Shown here: positions 16,029-20,000 of the stretch, in pieces
Position numbering within the stretch: position 1 is the stretch's first letter
Layout of the letters: every line of letters starts with the position of its first letter
Source: an uncultured virus (IMG/VR IMGVR_UViG_3300042522_000840)
Taxonomy: Duplodnaviria > Heunggongvirae > Uroviricota > Caudoviricetes
Strand: one strand, 5' to 3'
Virus record (IMG/VR): IMGVR_UViG_3300042522_000840
Length of the DNA stretch: 20,000 bases
The notes under the pieces: model-generated
The model's database searches: none
Told to the model about the DNA's origin: nothing
What the model saw: the letters and a program-made list of their open reading frames with translations, nothing else
Program-made: the position numbers and the translations under genes

Positions 16029-16796
16029 ATGGTAAATCCTAAAAGATTTTATACCTATGCGTATTTAAGAGAAGATAGGACTCCTTATTACATAGGTAAA
16101 GGTAGTGGAAGAAGATATTATAGTAGGAAAAAAACTGACATAAAACCACCTAAAGATAAATCAAGAGTAATATTATTAAAGCAAAATTTAACCGAAGAAG
16201 AAGCATTTAGACACGAAATTTATATGATTGCGATTTTTGGTAGGAAAAATTTGAAAACTGGTATTTTACTCAATAGGACTGATGGTGGGCAAGGTTCTTC
16301 AAATTTTTCTGAAGAAGCATTAAAAAAAATAAGTGAATCATCAAAAAATAGAGTTTATTCCTTAAAAACTAGAATAAAAAAAAGTAAATCTATGACTGGT
16401 AAATTTCATACGGAAGAAACTAAAAGAAAAATGAGAGAATCTAAAAAAAATATATCCAAAGAAACAAGAGAAAAAATAAGTAAATGTAGTAAGGGTAGAT
16501 TGCATACTGAAGAAACTAAAGAAAAAATAAGACAAGCAAATATTGGGAAAAAAATAAGTGAAGAAACAAAAAGAAAAATGAAAAATAAAATTTTAAGTGA
16601 AGAACATAGAAACACAATTTCAAATTTGCAGAGAAGACATTTTCTTTTTACTTCACCTAATGGAGAAATTATAGAGGAATTTACTACTTTGATGAAATTT
16701 GGTAAAAAATATGGATTAGATTCTTCTTGCCTTTCAAAAGTGTTAAGGGGAAAGTTAAAACAACATAAAGGATGGAAAGTTCGTCAAATTTTATGA
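16029..16796 (+). CDS. Free-standing GIY-YIG-type homing endonuclease with NUMOD3 repeats
   Basis: N-terminal FYTYAYLREDRTPYYIGKG...R, AF.HE..MI..FGRK...GILLN.TDGG; NUMOD3-type repeats (HTEETKRKMRES, HTEETKEKIRQA); C-terminal L.KVLRGK..QHKGW. Confidence 0.85.
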   Translation: MVNPKRFYTYAYLREDRTPYYIGKGSGRRYYSRKKTDIKPPKDKSRVILLKQNLTEEEAFRHEIYMIAIFGRKNLKTGILLNRTDGGQGSSNFSEEALKKISESSKNRVYSLKTRIKKSKSMTGKFHTEETKRKMRESKKNISKETREKISKCSKGRLHTEETKEKIRQANIGKKISEETKRKMKNKILSEEHRNTISNLQRRHFLFTSPNGEIIEEFTTLMKFGKKYGLDSSCLSKVLRGKLKQHKGWKVRQIL

Positions 16797-16802
16797 TATA
16801 AT
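16794..16802 (+). promoter_or_regulatory. Extended -10 promoter overlapping the endonuclease stop codon
   Basis: TGA-TATAAT, 22 nt before ATG 16825; no recognisable -35. Confidence 0.5.
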
Positions 16803-16824
16803 AATAGGTGTAATTTTAAAATTT

Positions 16825-17025
16825 ATGAAACCTCTTCCACCAAAACACGAACTTGATATTTTTTGGACGGTCGCAACGAGTACCAGTATCGAAACTGGCA
16901 CAAGACCCTACTACGGGTTTGCCTACCTACTGTATGATTACCTCACAGACAACCTCAAAAACAAATACGGAGTTGAACTGCGTTATGAACCTCAAAGAAA
17001 AGAAAGCACTCCTGAAGAAACTTGA
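16825..17025 (+). CDS. Hypothetical protein (66 aa)
   Basis: ORF after the putative promoter. Confidence 0.6.
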   Translation: MKPLPPKHELDIFWTVATSTSIETGTRPYYGFAYLLYDYLTDNLKNKYGVELRYEPQRKESTPEET

Positions 17026-17248
17026 GAATGCTGCCAATACCTGCTTTGACTGTGGGAAAAAGTATGGAGTATATTCTGTAGGATGCTCCTCTGTTTATGA
17101 AGCAAAATGTGGTGTATGTGGTGAAACCAAACCTATCACTGAAACAAGAGATTTTGCTTATTTCTTTCCTACCATTCGTAAACTGAAACTTGAGATTCAA
17201 AATGAGAAAAGTAACAGTCAAACCAAAGTCCAGCAAATCCAAGAATAG
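16985..17248 (+). CDS. Putative zinc-finger protein
   Basis: Start taken at ATG 16985 (MNLKEKK); CFDC...CGVC pair. Confidence 0.7.
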   Translation: MNLKEKKALLKKLENAANTCFDCGKKYGVYSVGCSSVYEAKCGVCGETKPITETRDFAYFFPTIRKLKLEIQNEKSNSQTKVQQIQE

Positions 17249-17417
17249 GTTAGCAAACATTATGGACAACAATCCTGTTTGTATTGTAGAGCAGGACACT
17301 GGTGGTGAATTATTCCTTGCTTCTGAAAATCGTAAATACTTTTTTTGGGTTAGCACTCGTACTGGCACTAACCGTTTTGGTGACAAATCTGACGCACATT
17401 GGGAGGTTATTGAATGA
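17202..17417 (+). CDS. Hypothetical protein (71 aa)
   Basis: MRKVTVKPKS...; ATGA overlap with the next gene. Confidence 0.7.
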   Translation: MRKVTVKPKSSKSKNRLANIMDNNPVCIVEQDTGGELFLASENRKYFFWVSTRTGTNRFGDKSDAHWEVIE

Positions 17418-17695
17418 GTTTTTCTAAAACTGTTTCTGTTTTTGCTGCTCTTGCAAGTATCTTTGCTGCTGGTGCTACTGGTTGGAAACTGTCAGATTCT
17501 CAAAAAGAAGTTCCTTTGAGTCCATTAGACCAAAAGGTGATGGAGTTGGAAAAGAAACTTGACCAAGCACAACAACCACAAGTTGCTCCAGAACCTGTAA
17601 TTCTTCCTACCCCCCAACCTCAACTTCCTCAAACGTCTCAAACCCCCCCACCTCAACTGCCTCCTCCTCCTGTTCCTGAAAATGTCACTCCTTGA
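17414..17695 (+). CDS. Membrane-anchored or secreted protein with coiled coil and Pro/Gln-rich tail
   Basis: Hydrophobic N-terminus VSVFAALASIFAAGA; tail TPPPQLPPPPVP. Confidence 0.7.
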   Translation: MSFSKTVSVFAALASIFAAGATGWKLSDSQKEVPLSPLDQKVMELEKKLDQAQQPQVAPEPVILPTPQPQLPQTSQTPPPQLPPPPVPENVTP

Positions 17696-17882
17696 TACTC
17701 TCAATTACCTCATACAAGACCAAGAAGGAGACCTTCAATGTTATGAATGGGACATTCGTGAAGAACTCAATCACGAAGTGAATGACCTTGATTGGTATAC
17801 TGAACAATACGACCTTACTAAACAACGAATAGAAGACCTCAAACAAATTAAAACTATGTTGGAGAACAATGAGATTTCGTAA
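17682..17882 (+). CDS. Hypothetical acidic protein (66 aa)
   Basis: Overlapping, coupled ORF. Confidence 0.7.
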   Translation: MSLLDTLNYLIQDQEGDLQCYEWDIREELNHEVNDLDWYTEQYDLTKQRIEDLKQIKTMLENNEIS

Positions 17883-18129
17883 CATAGAGTTCCGTTGGAG
17901 CACCTGTAACAACAAGTATGAACTCGTCAAGTGGTATCAATCTAATGGTTCAGGACAAGAGAACTGTTATGTGATTGCTTTCTTTGATAAAGGCAAAGAG
18001 TGTTATGATATGAGAACCATTGGTGATAGGTTCTTTGAGGATAAAGATGCATTCGTAGTGGGAAAATACGCAATTGAGTTTCTCAACGAAACTTTTGAAA
18101 TTGAAAGACAAGAAGAAGAACTTAAATAA
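17869..18129 (+). CDS. Hypothetical protein (86 aa)
   Basis: GGAG RBS before ATG 17869. Confidence 0.75.
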   Translation: MRFRNIEFRWSTCNNKYELVKWYQSNGSGQENCYVIAFFDKGKECYDMRTIGDRFFEDKDAFVVGKYAIEFLNETFEIERQEEELK

Positions 18130-18229
18130 ATAAAGATGCTTATGTGTGTCGCAACCATAGCAGAGATTGGGTGCTTTCGGGCACCTTTTCTTGTATAAAT
18201 ACTATTGCGGCACAACATAAAGCAGAACT
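18126..18229 (+). promoter_or_regulatory. Endonuclease leader cassette 2 (same architecture as 15925-16028)
   Basis: ATAAATA 18126-18132; TGCTTATGTGTGTCGCAA 18137-18154 pairs with TTGCGGCACAACATAAAGCA 18205-18224; TATAAATA 18194-18201. Confidence 0.8.
18169..18192 (+). terminator. UUCG-capped hairpin with U-rich tail (putative intrinsic terminator)
   Basis: GGGTGCT-TTCG-GGCACCT-TTTCTT. Confidence 0.7.
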
Positions 18230-18958
18230 ATGGAACTCAAAGAGTATCACTATGTTTATTATTCCTATGAGGAATGGGGTAGAGGATATTTTGGTTCAAG
18301 AACCTGTAAATGCTTACCAGAAGAAGATATAAAGTATTTTGGTTCTTTTAGTGATAAAAACTTTAAACCAACTCAAAAGATAATACTTAAGGACGATTAT
18401 AATACAAGAGAAGAAGCATATATTGATGAGATTACTTTACAAGAATACTATAAAGTAGTTGAAAATCCACACTTTGCGAATAAAGCATATCAAACTTCTT
18501 CAAAATTTCATAATGGAATGACGACAGAAAAAGCAAAAGAATTGGGAAATAAGACAAAAGAACTTGGTGTAGGTATTCATTCACTTACTTACGAACAAAG
18601 GAGTGAATATGGTAAAAAAGCAACCGAAATAGCAAAAAAACTTGGTGCTGGACTTTATGGTTTTACAAAAGAACAAAGGAGTGAAAATGGTAAAAAATCA
18701 AAAGAACTTGGTGTTGGTATTTTTTCTTATACAAAAAAACAATTGAGTGAAAATGGGTTTAATGGTGGAAAAAAAGCATATGAAATGAAAGTTGGGGTTC
18801 ACGCACTTACCAGAGAACAAATGAGTGAGAATTCTAAAAAAGTTGCCTCACAAAAATGGAAATGTCTTGAAACTGGTTTCATTTCTAATGCTGGGGCACT
18901 TGCTTGTTATCAAAGAAAAAGAGGAATAGACACTTCCAAAAGAGTAAGAATATCATAA
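18230..18958 (+). CDS. Free-standing GIY-YIG-like (Seg-type) endonuclease with C-terminal repeats
   Basis: YHYVYYSYEEWGRGYFGSR, KYFGSF, K.IL..Y.TREEAY.DE..LQ..Y.V..NP.FAN; four G.G...T.EQ.SE..KK repeats. Confidence 0.75.
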   Translation: MELKEYHYVYYSYEEWGRGYFGSRTCKCLPEEDIKYFGSFSDKNFKPTQKIILKDDYNTREEAYIDEITLQEYYKVVENPHFANKAYQTSSKFHNGMTTEKAKELGNKTKELGVGIHSLTYEQRSEYGKKATEIAKKLGAGLYGFTKEQRSENGKKSKELGVGIFSYTKKQLSENGFNGGKKAYEMKVGVHALTREQMSENSKKVASQKWKCLETGFISNAGALACYQRKRGIDTSKRVRIS

Positions 18959-18959
18959 A

Positions 18960-19015
18960 GACACTTGACGAACTGGCACAGGGGGTCTCCACAAGACCCC
19001 TTTTTGCCTTATAAT
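18960..19015 (+). promoter_or_regulatory. Putative early promoter with upstream motif and embedded terminator
   Basis: GACACTT-GACG-AACTGGCACA (18960-18980); TATAAT 19010-19015; similar to 12707-12766. Confidence 0.7.
18981..19005 (+). terminator. Intrinsic terminator after the endonuclease gene
   Basis: GGGGTCT-CCACA-AGACCCC-TTTTT. Confidence 0.7.
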
Positions 19016-19037
19016 GACTTCATAAGCAACCAAACAA

Positions 19038-19277
19038 ATGCGTATTCAACTCAAAGCAATCACAGTTACTTACACCCGAACTCTCACGGTTTCTCCCACA
19101 ACTGAAATGTTTGAGGACTGGGAGTGTTATCCAGACCAAGAAGGATTTGAGAGTTTAGTGCTTAATGAATTGTTTGATAAAATCCATTATGAGATGGGAG
19201 GACCTGCAAATCCTATGCCTTACACTAATGTAGAGCAGTTTGAAACCGTTGAGATTGATTGGGAGGATGAAGAATGA
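19038..19277 (+). CDS. Hypothetical acidic protein (79 aa)
   Basis: First ORF after the promoter; ATGA overlap with cpeT. Confidence 0.75.
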   Translation: MRIQLKAITVTYTRTLTVSPTTEMFEDWECYPDQEGFESLVLNELFDKIHYEMGGPANPMPYTNVEQFETVEIDWEDEE

Positions 19278-19732
19278 TTGAAGATTTCAAAGTAAAATTG
19301 ATTGGTAATTATTCTAACCAACAGCAAGCATTTAACAGTCCACCACTTTGGGCACATATTCATATTAAATTTGAAGAACTTCCTGACGGAATGTTATACT
19401 CAAAGAGTTGGTATGATATTGATGGGGAAGAAAAACCTTATCGGGCAACAACATTGGAATTATCCGTGTCTGGTGAGAATGTTATTATGACACCTTATAA
19501 TAATCTTACAAATACCAAATCTTGTGAGATTGTTTTTGAGTATGTAAATAACTCTTGGATTGGTATAAATGATAATTGTATCATACCCAAGAGAAATGCT
19601 TATGTCTCCACATTTTTGAAGTTTGATGGTATTAATTACTATTCCAGAGATGCTGGATATGATATAGATTCAAATGAATTTCTCTGGGGTAAAACAAAAC
19701 AAGATGGTGAATTTCACTTTATAAAACTATGA
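19274..19732 (+). CDS. cpeT: CpcT/CpeT-family phycobilin lyase-like protein
   Basis: G.YSNQQQAF..PPLWAHI, YS..WY....KPYR, C...F, SRDAGYD......WG....EFHF.K motifs; GGAGG RBS. Confidence 0.85.
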   Translation: MIEDFKVKLIGNYSNQQQAFNSPPLWAHIHIKFEELPDGMLYSKSWYDIDGEEKPYRATTLELSVSGENVIMTPYNNLTNTKSCEIVFEYVNNSWIGINDNCIIPKRNAYVSTFLKFDGINYYSRDAGYDIDSNEFLWGKTKQDGEFHFIKL

Positions 19733-19866
19733 TTTACGAAATAAAAAAACAAGCAATTGATGAATATCTTATAGACACAATTGAGGAACGACTTACTCGT
19801 ATTGAAGATAAAGTTGATTTACTCATTACTCAACTCAAAATAGAGTTTTATAAGAAAAATGACTGA
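19729..19866 (+). CDS. Small coiled-coil protein (45 aa; absent from ORF track)
   Basis: MIYEIKKQAIDEYLIDTIEERLTRIEDKVDLLITQLKIEFYKKND; ATGA overlap with cpeT. Confidence 0.6.
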   Translation: MIYEIKKQAIDEYLIDTIEERLTRIEDKVDLLITQLKIEFYKKND

Positions 19867-20000
19867 ACCACCAGATTGTTTGGGTGTTGTTGGTAAATGC
19901 ACCGATTGTGAAAATCCTGTGTTAGAATACCTGTGTAATCAATCTCTTTTGGAAGTGCGACCAGAAAGTAAAAACTTTGACTATTGGTTTTCTTGTAGTA
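19859..20000 (+). CDS. Cys-containing hypothetical protein, truncated at window end
   Basis: MTEPPDCLGVVGKCTDCENPVLEYLCNQSLLEVRPESKNFDYWFSCS..., frame open to the end. Confidence 0.6.
   Translation, partial: MTEPPDCLGVVGKCTDCENPVLEYLCNQSLLEVRPESKNFDYWFSCS

Noticed and set aside
15925..18229. Cassettes as CRISPR-like repeats or insertion-sequence terminal inverted repeats
   Set aside because: Only two copies 2.2 kb apart, no repeat-spacer array; the inverted arms lie wholly upstream of the ORFs rather than flanking them; no transposase or target-site duplication seen.
18144..18332. 62-aa GTG-start ORF beginning inside cassette 2 (possible leader peptide)
   Set aside because: Crosses the terminator and overlaps the nuclease out of frame; no counterpart in cassette 1.
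898..19490. Remaining short alternative-frame and minus-strand ORFs nested within larger genes
   Set aside because: Overlap better-supported + strand genes and lack motifs or translation signals.

Overview
AT-rich fragment of a T4-like (Kyanoviridae-type) cyanomyophage genome, almost all on the + strand; I infer this from T4-type late-promoter cores, tail/baseplate genes and a cpeT-like gene. In order: end of a baseplate-hub region and a tail-collar protein; a small early gene and an orphan Phd/YefM-like antitoxin ORF; three tRNA genes (Ile-UAU, a CAU tRNA with an atypical T-loop, and Leu-UAA split by a 199-nt group I intron); a late tail-fibre block (1760-aa fibre with S74 chaperone, 625-aa fibre, gp38-like Gly-rich adhesin, Cys-rich protein, two convergent 2OG-Fe(II) oxygenases); then an early region with an SF2 helicase, many small ORFs, two free-standing GIY-YIG-type endonucleases and cpeT. 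The most striking unexplained structure is a 104-nt cassette upstream of both endonucleases: late promoter, antisense arm, UUCG hairpin, second late promoter, complementary arm over the ribosome-binding region. Its geometry is conserved while the paired arms differ in sequence. All calls come from reading the sequence; no searches were run.
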